From Bacteroidota bacterium (GTDB lineage Bacteria; Bacteroidota; Bacteroidia; Chitinophagales; Chitinophagaceae), in NCBI GenBank assembly GCA_029573235.1, contig JAKQGX010000035.1:9367-73366 (forward strand): DNA of 64,000 nt, in the 5' to 3' direction. The position numbers were made by a program, and so were the translations under genes. The notes beneath the pieces are model-generated. The model searched no databases. It was not told the origin of the DNA and saw only the letters and a list, made by a program, of their open reading frames with translations. Below are positions 27,107 to 36,440 of this stretch, piece after piece. Within the stretch, counting starts at the first letter, position 1. Each line of letters opens with the position of its first letter.

Positions 27107-27736
27107 TTAAGCAGTGTTGTGTTTCTTCACGATATAGACACCGGGAAACAAATATATACGCTGTGTTTGATGCTCTCGACATTTGGCTCTGGTACGGCGT
27201 TGTTCTATTTTCTCAAAAATGCGCCCATCGTCGGTGCTAAAGAAGTCCCCTATTTCCAAGTCTTCCACTAAGATTTCGTTTGCTTCTTTTGTATCGTATT
27301 GCATCAACGCTCTTTGCAAATGAATGTCTGTACATGTGCTGGCAGTCGGGCTTTTTACGTAGTTTAATAAAGAGGTTGTAACATCCTTAGGGAAAAATTG
27401 CTTCTCGATATAGGGGAGTAATATTTGTTTGAAATGTTGTTTCCACTCTTTGCCATGAGGAGCTACTTGGTGACGGTATTGCAAGTAGGTGAGCATATGT
27501 GCCAATTCGTGCAATAGTGTAATCAAAAAGCTATACGGATTGAGATTGCTATTGACCGTGATGCGATGAAAAGGATGATGATGTGTAGGTGCCCGGTAGT
27601 TACCCAGCACTGTTTTTCGTTCTAAGGTGAGTATCAAGTGTATGGTGTACTGCTTGAAATACGGTGCTACGAACTCATAAGCACCTTCCGGTAAATATTG
27701 TGCTAAAGTCTGTAAAGCAACTTCTTTTTTCGCCAT
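27107..27736 (-). CDS. SprT-like zinc metalloprotease domain protein
   Basis: 209 aa. HELAHM zinc motif in a SprT-like context. Start overlaps the upstream stop (TAATG). Confidence 0.65.
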   Translation of the reverse strand: MAKKEVALQTLAQYLPEGAYEFVAPYFKQYTIHLILTLERKTVLGNYRAPTHHHPFHRITVNSNLNPYSFLITLLHELAHMLTYLQYRHQVAPHGKEWKQHFKQILLPYIEKQFFPKDVTTSLLNYVKSPTASTCTDIHLQRALMQYDTKEANEILVEDLEIGDFFSTDDGRIFEKIEQRRTRAKCREHQTQRIYLFPGVYIVKKHNTA

Positions 27737-28125
27737 TAATTCTTCGGAGTGTTGTCGTTTTTCGCCATCTTCATAAGGGTAGCAGTTTCAATAGCTGTGT
27801 ACACTACATAAATGCCAAAGAGCATAAATAGTGATGGCTTATGCAAATGATCTTTGTTAAACATGGCATAGCCTACAATGGCTACAAGACAAATCAACAG
27901 TTTTAAAAAGGTGGCGCTATATACACCTCGTACAAAGGCTTGCGGTCGTTCGTTCACTTGTTTTTTTACAATAAAGTAGGTAAAAATAGTGAGCAGTGCC
28001 ATGAGTACATTGCCTCCGGAAAGTGCTTGAATATCGATAACGGGATACTGTTGGTGTAAGTAATAAAAACTTGTAGCAAGGCTGACAAAAACGGCAACGA
28101 CTGTTATGATAAATTTGTTTTTCAT
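27736..28125 (-). CDS. Small 4-TM membrane protein (type usually found between atpZ and atpB)
   Basis: 129 aa with four hydrophobic helices. ATGA overlap with the upstream AtpZ-like gene. Confidence 0.45.
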   Translation of the reverse strand: MKNKFIITVVAVFVSLATSFYYLHQQYPVIDIQALSGGNVLMALLTIFTYFIVKKQVNERPQAFVRGVYSATFLKLLICLVAIVGYAMFNKDHLHKPSLFMLFGIYVVYTAIETATLMKMAKNDNTPKN

Positions 28126-28334
28126 GATTTGGGATTACTGAATTCTTGAATGAGTTTCCAAAGCGAATAGATCAGTGCTATTAAAGGCAAAAGTACAGTG
28201 AATAGTGGGAAGCGCCATTGTAGCGCATCGTCTGCTTTCATGCCGCCCCATACTGCCAGCAATAGCAATACCATCCATTGAGTGCCCAAGCCCAAGTAGC
28301 GCATGAGGACATTGTTTTTATCGCTTTTTTTCAT
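28122..28334 (-). CDS. AtpZ/AtpI-like small membrane protein
   Basis: 70 aa with two TM helices. The YLGLGTQWMVLLLLAVWGGMKADD pattern resembles the AtpZ/AtpI family. Confidence 0.5.
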   Translation of the reverse strand: MKKSDKNNVLMRYLGLGTQWMVLLLLAVWGGMKADDALQWRFPLFTVLLPLIALIYSLWKLIQEFSNPKS

Positions 28335-28794
28335 GTTCCTTAGCTTGTCTTTTCAACTGGGTGGTCGCTTCTTTTTTTATTTCTGCCGGTTTGGGGATAA
28401 TACTATTCATGTCTTCAGACTTTACCTTTTTCATATCCAGTTTAGTGGTGTCTTTTACACCATTGTATGAGCCGTTGATGATGTTTCGGATGTTTTCGGC
28501 ATAGGCTTGTTGCTCTATTACCATTTTGCTGATAGAATCATAATCTTTTTTTAGCTGGATGGTTTGCATTCGTGTTTTATTGCTTCCGTATCCCGGTATA
28601 TAATACTTTAATGGCGTAAATATGAGCACACATACCGTAATAACAACGCTAACTACAAATAGGGTGCTGAGGAAGGTATAGATTTTCCCTCTTGATAGAT
28701 TCATTGAGAAAACAGTATCTAATGACGTTTCATCAATTATCTTCAAGGTGTAGGACGACTTTTTCTTTATTCGCTGAGTAGTGGGCATGGGCAA
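28318..28794 (-). CDS. Single-pass membrane protein resembling the N-terminal (non-catalytic) part of Bacteroidota M23 peptidases
   Basis: 158 aa. The YTLKIIDETSLDTVFSMNLSRGKIY...FTPLKYYIPGY pattern is followed by a coiled-coil-like region. No peptidase domain. Confidence 0.4.
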   Translation of the reverse strand: MPMPTTQRIKKKSSYTLKIIDETSLDTVFSMNLSRGKIYTFLSTLFVVSVVITVCVLIFTPLKYYIPGYGSNKTRMQTIQLKKDYDSISKMVIEQQAYAENIRNIINGSYNGVKDTTKLDMKKVKSEDMNSIIPKPAEIKKEATTQLKRQAKEHEKKR

Positions 28795-28882
28795 CTAAGG
28801 TAAGCAATTGTGTGGTTTCCTTAATAAAACAAAAGCGAACAATGTATTGCTCGCTTTTGATATTAATGGTTGAAAAAAAAGA

Positions 28883-30202
28883 TTATGCGGTTTGTGTTTG
28901 CTTCGCCACAAATTCTTTTGCCCATTCTGTAGTAATAGATTTGGGTCTTTCAATAGGGAATCCTAAAGCTCTGTCCCAGCAAAGGCTTGCCAATACACCT
29001 AACGCACGGCTTACGCCAAACAATACGGTATAAAAATCTTCTTCTACTAATCCGTAATGCTTCAGCAATGCTCCGGAATGTGCATCCACATTTGGCCATG
29101 GGTTCTTTATCTTGCCGGTGCTTTCTAATATTGCCGGTGCTACTTCATATACATTCCAAACCGTTTTTACAGTTGGGTCGTCCGGACAATTGCGCTTACC
29201 AAATTCCATTTGTGCGGTAAAGCGAGGATCCGTTTTGCGCAGTACGGCGTGCCCGTATCCCGGTACTACTTTACCTTCTTCCAACGTTTGTTTGATGTAG
29301 GCGGCAATTTGCTCTTTGGAGGGTTCTAATGTACCAAGTTTCTCTTGCAATTCTTCAATCCAACGAATCACTTCTTGGTTGGCCAAGCCATGTAATGGAC
29401 CTGCTAATCCTGCCATGCCGGCAACAAATGAAAGGTAAGGATCGCTCAATGCAGAGCCTACGAGGTGGGTTGCATGGGCGGATACATTGCCCCCTTCATG
29501 ATCGGCATGAATAGTAAGGTACAAGCGCATTAATGACCAAAACTTAGGATCTTCATATCCCAACATGTGTGCAAAGTTCGCAGCCCAGTCCAGCATGCCA
29601 TCCGGTTGGATATGTTCGCCCCCTTTGTACTTACGACGATAGATGTAAGCAGCGATACGTGGCAAGCGCGCAATCAAGGTCATACAGTCTTCGTACACAT
29701 AAGCCCAGTGTTCTTTTTTGCTAATTCCTTCGTTGTAGGCTTTTGCAAATTTTGATTCGGTTTGTAATGCCAAGATAGCAGTACAAAACTGGGTCATTGG
29801 GTGTGTAGCAATCGGTAATGCATCTATAGTGGCAAATACGTGATTGGGTACGTGTGAGCGACGCGCCCAAGTATTCGATACGTGATCTACATCTTCTTTC
29901 GTTGGCATTTCACCTACCAACATCAAGTAAAAAAGACCTTCTGGTAAAGGTTCTACTCCACCGTCTGCTTTGGGAAATTGAGCCCGCAGTTCAGGAATGG
30001 AAAAGCCACGAAAGCGAATCCCTTCATTGGCATCCAATAAGGAGGTTTCGGTTACTAAACCGGGAATGCCGCGCATCCCTTGATAAGCTTGTGCTAGCGT
30101 TACTTTGTCTAACACTACATTTCCATGCTGTGCAATCAGTTCTTTGATTTCTTTCGACTTGACATCAGCATTTTCTTTGAATTTATCTTTGATTCTGCCC
30201 AT
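28883..30202 (-). CDS. gltA: Citrate synthase
   Basis: GLANQEV, GYGHAVLRKTDPR and citrate synthase His/Asp contexts. Start set at ATG 30202 (MGRIKDKF). The ORF track starts 3 codons upstream at a TTG. Confidence 0.92.
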   Translation of the reverse strand: MGRIKDKFKENADVKSKEIKELIAQHGNVVLDKVTLAQAYQGMRGIPGLVTETSLLDANEGIRFRGFSIPELRAQFPKADGGVEPLPEGLFYLMLVGEMPTKEDVDHVSNTWARRSHVPNHVFATIDALPIATHPMTQFCTAILALQTESKFAKAYNEGISKKEHWAYVYEDCMTLIARLPRIAAYIYRRKYKGGEHIQPDGMLDWAANFAHMLGYEDPKFWSLMRLYLTIHADHEGGNVSAHATHLVGSALSDPYLSFVAGMAGLAGPLHGLANQEVIRWIEELQEKLGTLEPSKEQIAAYIKQTLEEGKVVPGYGHAVLRKTDPRFTAQMEFGKRNCPDDPTVKTVWNVYEVAPAILESTGKIKNPWPNVDAHSGALLKHYGLVEEDFYTVLFGVSRALGVLASLCWDRALGFPIERPKSITTEWAKEFVAKQTQTA

Positions 30203-30243
30203 AGCGTACAAAAAAATATTGTGTATTCTTAAAAAATACTGGA

Positions 30244-30251
30244 CAAATGTA
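30244..30251 (-). promoter_or_regulatory. Candidate -7 box TACATTTG for gltA
   Basis: TAnnTTTG match on the minus strand, 41 nt upstream of ATG 30202, between the lptF/G stop and gltA. Confidence 0.4.
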
Positions 30252-30278
30252 CGGAAACAAACCTTCCAAAGGACAACC

Positions 30279-31355
30279 CTATCGTACTTGTTTTCTATAG
30301 AGGTATATAGCCAAAAAACTGAAGATAATATTGGGTATCCATACGGCCAATAAGGGATTTAGTCCTGCTTTGGTGGAGAAGGTTTTGGAGAATTGCAATG
30401 CCATGACATAAATAGCGCTGAGCACTACCCCCAATGCCAAATGAATGCCACTGCCACCACGTATTTTTCTTCCGGCAATGCTGGCTGCTATTAAGGTGAG
30501 GATAATGGCGGCAAAAGGTTGTGCCGTGCGCATATCCCGCTCTACGTAATATTCGTTTAGGTTTTCCCTTCCCCTTAGTTTTTCTTGCGCAATCACTTGG
30601 TTTAGTACGGGCGTTGTTAGTGTGGTCATGATTTGATTGTCTTGAATCAAATCTTTGGGACTAAAGGTGGCATAAGTTCTTGTTAATTCCGGATAGTATT
30701 GCAATGTTTCATTCAGTCCGTCATTCGTGCGTACGGTTACTTGATACAGATTCCACACCTTCTTTATGCTATCATAACTTATCCTCTCGGCCATTATTTT
30801 TTCTTTCATCAGTGTACCATTGATGGTTTCTTCCGTAAAACGATAACCTGAGTTGGTGCTAAAGTCGTAGCTCTGCAAGTAAACGTATATATTGTTGGAC
30901 AGACGCATGTGTATATTGCGCCCTGATTGGTTCGAGATATTGTCGACGTATTTGTTTTTAAAAACTAATAATTCTTTGTTGGACTGCGGGATGATAAAGT
31001 GATTGGCAAGGAGTGATAAAGCACATAGCAACACACCACCCACTATGTATGGGCGCATCAAACGGTGATACGAAACTCCACTGGCAAGAATAGCAATTAT
31101 CTCAGAGTTGTTAGCCAGTTTGGAAGTGAAAAAGATAGCAGCAATGAATACAAACAACGGAAAGAGCATTGCCGTCATCTGTGGTAGAAAATTTTTATAA
31201 TAATTCAGAATAAGCAGGGTAGGTGCTTTACGCTTGGCAAACTCATCCAACTTCTCAGACAAGTCTATTACAAAAATGATAACCGCCAGAATGAGGATAG
31301 CGTAGACAAACGTCCCTAAGAATTTCTTTAAAAGATACCAGTCTATTTTTTTCAT
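30279..31355 (-). CDS. LptF/LptG-family LPS export permease
   Basis: 358 aa. MKKIDWYLLKKFLGTFVYAILIL start, 3+3 TM topology with a large periplasmic loop, typical of YjgP/YjgQ. Confidence 0.8.
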   Translation of the reverse strand: MKKIDWYLLKKFLGTFVYAILILAVIIFVIDLSEKLDEFAKRKAPTLLILNYYKNFLPQMTAMLFPLFVFIAAIFFTSKLANNSEIIAILASGVSYHRLMRPYIVGGVLLCALSLLANHFIIPQSNKELLVFKNKYVDNISNQSGRNIHMRLSNNIYVYLQSYDFSTNSGYRFTEETINGTLMKEKIMAERISYDSIKKVWNLYQVTVRTNDGLNETLQYYPELTRTYATFSPKDLIQDNQIMTTLTTPVLNQVIAQEKLRGRENLNEYYVERDMRTAQPFAAIILTLIAASIAGRKIRGGSGIHLALGVVLSAIYVMALQFSKTFSTKAGLNPLLAVWIPNIIFSFLAIYLYRKQVR

Positions 31356-31435
31356 GCAAAGGAGTAGGCAAATATCTTTAAAAAGAATGGATCTATGGCA
31401 GCAGTAGGCATTATGTTTTTGTATTAATCAATTTT

Positions 31436-31478
31436 AAGCCCCTATTGTTTTTGGATAATTTATGAACAATAGGGGCTT
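31436..31478 (-). terminator. Strong hairpin downstream of lemA
   Basis: Perfect 14-bp stem AAGCCCCTATTGTT/AACAATAGGGGCTT with a 15-nt loop, 52 nt past the lemA stop. No clear U tract on the minus strand. Confidence 0.5.
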
Positions 31479-31530
31479 TGCTTCAAGGAATGTTGTCCGT
31501 AATGTCTTTCCTATTTGCCTTATATCAGTA

Positions 31531-32091
31531 TTATGAAAAGTTCACATTCACATTTTCTCTGTCCGCTGCGTCGGCTTCAAAGAAGTTGAAGTGTTGGTAT
31601 TTAAACATACCTGCAAAAAGCGCTCCCGGCAAACTTTCGCCATACGTATTGTTTTCTCTGACGGTGCTGTTGTAATAGCGCCTTGCTCGTTCGATATGTT
31701 CTTCCAAATTTGATAATTCGCTTTGCAAATGGAGAAAAGAAGCATCTGCTTTTAAATCGGGATATGCCTCTGCCACTGCTAATAGCCCACGTAAGGAACT
31801 TTGCAATTGATTCTCTGCTTGTATTTGCGCATTAATATCGCCGGTAGGCGCTGCGGCTACAGCGGCATTTCTAGCTTGAATGACATTCTCTAATGTTTTT
31901 TGCTCATGCGCCGCGTATCCCTTTACGGTATTTACAAGGTTAGGTATCAAATCATGACGACGTTTTAGTACGGCATCTATATTACTCCAAGCATCTTTGA
32001 CCATATTGCGTAATCGTGCAAACTTGTTGAAGATAGATGCTAGGAAAAGGATTAAGACTACTATCGCGGCTGCAATGATGATGATGTTCAT
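31531..32091 (-). CDS. lemA: LemA family protein
   Basis: 186 aa. N-terminal TM, then NKFARLRNMVKDAWSNIDAVLKRRHDLIPNLV and RRYYN motifs typical of LemA. Confidence 0.88.
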   Translation of the reverse strand: MNIIIIAAAIVVLILFLASIFNKFARLRNMVKDAWSNIDAVLKRRHDLIPNLVNTVKGYAAHEQKTLENVIQARNAAVAAAPTGDINAQIQAENQLQSSLRGLLAVAEAYPDLKADASFLHLQSELSNLEEHIERARRYYNSTVRENNTYGESLPGALFAGMFKYQHFNFFEADAADRENVNVNFS

Positions 32092-32222
32092 ATCTGTTAG
32101 CTTTTTTAGAAAATGATTGTTTTGAATTTTGTTTTATTTATAACTGTTGTAAAAGATAGCTCGAGCTATTGTAATATTGGATGAACTGGTGGAAATAAAT
32201 GTTATCAAATATACGAAGTGCA

Positions 32223-33938
32223 TTACCAACTGCCACCACCGCCGCCGCCAAAGCCACCTCCTGAAGAGCCTCCTCCCGAAGATCCGCTACCACTGCTGGA
32301 AGGGGTGCTTACCATGGCTGTTTGTGCCTTTGACATACTACTGCCAAATGATTGTGCAAAGCTATTCATGGATAATCGTTGTCCGGGTTGAGAGCCTTGG
32401 TACCAGGATGGGGGTGGGATGTTTAAGTCATTGAACTTACCCGCCCATTTGTCGAGTAATCCAAATGCAAGGGCATAGCTCATTGTTTTTTCAAAATAGT
32501 TTGGGTCATCTTTTAGCAAGGTTTGTATTCGGTTGGTGTCTGCTAATTTTACAAATTGCCGAAACCCTTTTAGTTCAGCGAGTACCTGATTTCCTTTTGC
32601 ATTTTTCTTACGCAAGTACATGCTCATGATGGCAATGACCAAACAGACTATGAAGGCAGCAATGCCAGCCATTATTCCAAAAAATATAAAGAAGGTGATG
32701 GTAGTTGCCAGCAACAGTAATACAGCTATTACAGCCACCATATTTTTTATTTTCTCACTTTGTGCTTCATAAAAAGGCAATGCTTCTTTCTTAAGTTTCT
32801 CTTTAGCACGATGCATTTTTACATAAAACGAATCTCTCAAATCGCTGATGAGTACTTCACTTTTCCCATTTTCATCGGTGGTTGCTTTACTACTACTAAA
32901 TAATCCTTCAAACAAAATTTTTTCGTACTCCGGTGCATTTTCTGAAAGGTCGCGATACTTGATGAGCTTTGTATCAGCTCTGCCAAACCATCCTTCTTTA
33001 GGAATTTCTTGGAGTTTTATTTTGCCTTCGGCACCCCATTTGGGTAGCAATGCGATTAAGTCAGAGGCGTCTTCCCTGTCATTCATCAGAAAACCTGCCA
33101 TGGCAGGGTCTATGTTTTCCGGCGGGTAATAGGAGGTAAGCCCAATCACCTTTTCATCTTTCCCATATTTTGACCACGTCATTCCAAAGAGCCCTATTAT
33201 GCCTAATAATATTCCCATCCAGGTATAGTCTTCCTTGCTGAAAAAGGGAGGGCTGGTTCTGATGAATAAGGACCGGGGCAACTTCACTAATGTAGTCACA
33301 TATTCACCCTCATTTGATACCCAACCGGGTTTGCTAACAGCAGTGTAAATGCTATCATTATATTGGTATGAAAAATCTTTAGAAACATCACTATTGCCCG
33401 CAACGCCCGCATAAGTAAAACAATTTTGAGCGGATAAAACACTGCCCTCGGGTGCATGTACTCGAAAGGTTATTTGATGAAAAGGAGCTTGCCACTCAGC
33501 CGTTTTTATATTCCAGTATAGATGCACGATACTATCTTCATCTATGAGCGCATTGCTAATCCTATAGCGGATTTCGTAGTGTTGTGCTTCTGTAACATAT
33601 TGATTGGGGTCGCCAATGTATATTTCTACATTTCCAGCCAATCGCTGAAATTTTAAAGAGGAAGTTTTATAGGGATGACCGGGAACATCAATATGATCAA
33701 TCTTTATCGAACGGTCGGATACTTTGCCGGTAGCGTCTTGAAATTCATACTTGGTTTGGATTTTACGATACAAACCATGTTTCTGCATATGGAAGTACAC
33801 ATCATACTTTTCTACAACATCATAATAGCCTTCGTTGCTGAGATAGATGTCTGCTGAGAATTGTTTTACATCGAAGTCTTGAGCAAATGATAACGTGCCT
33901 ATACAAAGGGCAATGAGTAACGATGTTATTTTTTTCAT
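32223..33938 (-). CDS. DUF2207-like membrane protein (usual LemA partner) with a Gly/Ser tail
   Basis: Signal peptide MKKITSLLIALCIGTLSFAQ, large exodomain, 3 TM helices, and C-terminal SSGSGSSGGGSSGGGFGGGGGGSW. Start set at ATG 33938. Confidence 0.7.
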   Translation of the reverse strand: MKKITSLLIALCIGTLSFAQDFDVKQFSADIYLSNEGYYDVVEKYDVYFHMQKHGLYRKIQTKYEFQDATGKVSDRSIKIDHIDVPGHPYKTSSLKFQRLAGNVEIYIGDPNQYVTEAQHYEIRYRISNALIDEDSIVHLYWNIKTAEWQAPFHQITFRVHAPEGSVLSAQNCFTYAGVAGNSDVSKDFSYQYNDSIYTAVSKPGWVSNEGEYVTTLVKLPRSLFIRTSPPFFSKEDYTWMGILLGIIGLFGMTWSKYGKDEKVIGLTSYYPPENIDPAMAGFLMNDREDASDLIALLPKWGAEGKIKLQEIPKEGWFGRADTKLIKYRDLSENAPEYEKILFEGLFSSSKATTDENGKSEVLISDLRDSFYVKMHRAKEKLKKEALPFYEAQSEKIKNMVAVIAVLLLLATTITFFIFFGIMAGIAAFIVCLVIAIMSMYLRKKNAKGNQVLAELKGFRQFVKLADTNRIQTLLKDDPNYFEKTMSYALAFGLLDKWAGKFNDLNIPPPSWYQGSQPGQRLSMNSFAQSFGSSMSKAQTAMVSTPSSSGSGSSGGGSSGGGFGGGGGGSW

Positions 33939-34242
33939 GTTTGAAGATGGGTTTCTGATAGATAATAAATAGGGTTTTGATGTATTCTGATAGCGCAATT
34001 ATATGTTACGTTATAGGGTAATTGTACACGATAACAAATATAGTTGTTTGAAAATTGATTTAATAATTAATATAATAAATACGTAGTTTTACGGACAGAA
34101 ATAGCAGTATAACGTGGCTAATTTTGTCTTATTATTTACAAAGAAGCATTTGCCCCACCACACTCGAATATTAGTTTCTTAGCCTTTTGTAGATATCGTT
34201 TCAGCGTATTGTTTGGCTAACAAGATTTATCTTTTTGAAACA

Positions 34243-35348
34243 ATGAAAAAGCTTCTGTTTCTTATCCTTTTCATTCTCGCAATGCTAACTGCGATTAATC
34301 TTTTTGCTCAGAAAAAGGGACTACAAGCTATTGACTCACTCAAAACAATATTAATCCATTCTGCGGCTGATACGCAAAGGGTGAATGTCCTTAATCTGTT
34401 GGGTTGGGAATACATGAACCTTGGAGATTTTGTAACTGCTAAAAAGTATGTGAATAAGTCTATTCAGTTGTCTGCATATCTCGATTATTCGAAAGGGGAA
34501 GCATATGCTTACAAATTATTTGGAGATGTATGCAGCAATAAAGGCGAGTTTTCAAATGCCAATCGTTATTTCTTTACCGCACTTAACTTATCAAAACGCA
34601 GAAATGATAAAACCGCAATAGCCGACTATTATCAATCTATAGCGTGGATGCAATATGCGTTGGGTGATTACGATGATACATTATCTAATTGCCAGCAAGG
34701 ATTATCCATTTCAAAAGAAATAGGAGATAATCTATCTGTATCTGTTTGCTTTAGCATCAAAGCACTTGCCCTCTGTAATCAAGGGAAATATCAGGAATCC
34801 ATCAATAACCATTTTGATGCCATCAAGTATGCCTTGAATTCCAATGATACCAATGCAGTCTCTGTTTGCTATAATAATCTTGCCTTAGCTTATTCGGCTC
34901 AAGGCAACTACCCGGAGGCAATACGGTACTATTACAAAGCAATGAAAATATATGAAGCCAACAATGAAAAAACGCCTATTCCTTATACGTTAATGAATAT
35001 TGGAGATGTGTATTTCGAGCAAGAAAATTTTACTGAAGCATTAAACAAGTATAATGAGGCATGGGAGAAACTCAGAGCGCTCAATCAAAAAAACGGTATG
35101 GCTAATTGCTTTATTGGTTTGGGCAATATTTATGTAGCACTAGGGAATTACACTGTTGCAAAAAAAACTATTTTAAAGAAGCCCTTGATATAAAAATTTC
35201 AAATGGTACCAAGCGAGGAATTGCGGCTTGTTACAACGGTATAGGCTTAGTAAATTATAAAGAAGGAGACTATAAATTATATTTAGAAAATTACCTAAGT
35301 TCAACTAACAAGTGCAACACAAGTCAAAAAAAAAGACAGCCACAATAA
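34243..35348 (+). pseudogene. TPR-repeat protein, frameshifted in an A8 tract and truncated at the 3' end
   Basis: The TPR consensus (..A..Y..AL.I...) runs in one frame to 35160-35167 (A8). It then continues in another frame (NYFKEALDIKISNGTKRGIAACYNGIGLVNYKEGDY) until about 35300, where TPR similarity stops. Confidence 0.7.
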
Positions 35349-35387
35349 GTACTGCCCTCTGGTTTTTGTCTAATTTTTGTGTTGCTT

Positions 35388-35510
35388 ATGTACAAACACT
35401 TGACGATAGAACAAAGATACCCAATTTAAGCGCTTCACAACGAAGGTTTTTCTATAACCAAGATAGCAGCCTCCCTCCCGATCGTTATAAAGTCTCGAAA
35501 AAGAGCCTAA
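35388..35510 (+). mobile_element. Degenerate N-terminal fragment of an IS30-family transposase
   Basis: Translation is MYKHLTIEQRYPI*ALHNEGFSITKIAASLPIVIKSRKRA*. This matches the IS30-family HTH start pattern (HLT..ER..I..L...G.S...IA..L), with two in-frame stops and no catalytic region following. Confidence 0.55.
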
Positions 35511-35762
35511 GGGTGACTATTTCATTTTTGAGGTGGTCGGTGTGTGCAAACCCGTGAATTATTGGATTGAAATAATTAATGTGTTAGAAGCCGAAAAAAT
35601 TAAATTGAACAAATAAATGAGCTGATAGAATACCTCATCCTCTAGGCTATAACATTCATGCATTCTAGATAAAAAACATCATTCAGAACATAAGGATGCT
35701 ATTGTTGGAGTTAGTGTTTATTTCAACCTATATCAAAAAAATGCAATGTTCTCGGAAAGGGA

Positions 35763-35794
35763 AAAGCCTTTCAGAATTTCGTCTGAAAGGCTTT
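35763..35794 (-). terminator. Hairpin immediately 3' of the tRNA
   Basis: 13-bp stem AAAGCCTTTCAGA/TCTGAAAGGCTTT with a 6-nt loop. Weak U tract. Confidence 0.5.
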
Positions 35795-35803
35795 GTGGAC
35801 TTG

Positions 35804-35877
35804 TAGCGAGATCGGGATTTGAACCCGAGACCTCAGGGTTATGAATCCTGCGCTCTCACCAACTGAGCTACCTCGCC
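35804..35877 (-). tRNA. tRNA with CAT anticodon (elongator Met most likely; Ile2-lysidine not excluded)
   Basis: Hand-folded cloverleaf. Acceptor GGCGAGG/TCTCGCT, D arm GCTC-AGTTGGTGA-GAGC, anticodon loop TTCATAA, T arm TCGGG-TTCAAAT-CCCGA. CCA is not encoded. Confidence 0.9.
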
Positions 35878-35910
35878 ATTTGGGAGTGCAAATGTAGTTA
35901 TTTTTCCTTT

Positions 35911-36348
35911 TTACACAACAATTAATTTTTCTCTCAAAGTAGCTTTTATGGGAGTTACCTTCCTTGCACTATAGTCAAAGCAAATCATCCCGGTTTTGAC
36001 ATGGGCTACATCAAGTGCTTCGGTATTTCGCTGTGTGCTTATTTTATAAAGTAAATCGAAACTGAATGTTGTTATTTCTTCGCAAAAAATGTCTATCGTT
36101 AAATAATCTCCATAGAAGGCTTCGTTTTTAAAAGCAATCATCACATCCGCCATTATCAATCCGGTACCGCCGGCATTCATTTCAGAAAAACCCCAAGCTG
36201 TAAGCATTTGCATACGTGCTTCATGCACGATGGACAACATGGAATCGTTGCCGAGATGATTGCCATAATTGATGTCAGTTATGCGAACGGGAATCGTGCA
36301 ACGAAACAGAGGGGCTTGTGCAGGGAAGGCTATTTTTACTCTGGGCAT
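35911..36348 (-). CDS. Hotdog-fold acyl-CoA thioesterase (4HBT/YbgC-like)
   Basis: 145 aa. The VRITDINYGNHLGNDSMLSIVHEARMQ pattern is typical of 4HBT-type thioesterases. Confidence 0.65.
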   Translation of the reverse strand: MPRVKIAFPAQAPLFRCTIPVRITDINYGNHLGNDSMLSIVHEARMQMLTAWGFSEMNAGGTGLIMADVMIAFKNEAFYGDYLTIDIFCEEITTFSFDLLYKISTQRNTEALDVAHVKTGMICFDYSARKVTPIKATLREKLIVV

Positions 36349-36440
36349 ATATCAAATATAGGGCAATAATTTTGGAGTGGGGAGGCTGAAGGATTCCCAC
36401 ATAATTACCTTTATTTTGAATAAAAATATCGAAAGCACAG

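Noticed and set aside
35312-35557. An 81-aa ORF from the track (MQHKSKKKTATIST...).
   Set aside because: A different frame of the same DNA gives the IS30-type HTH pattern with stops. The 81-aa frame is probably a by-product of the decayed element.
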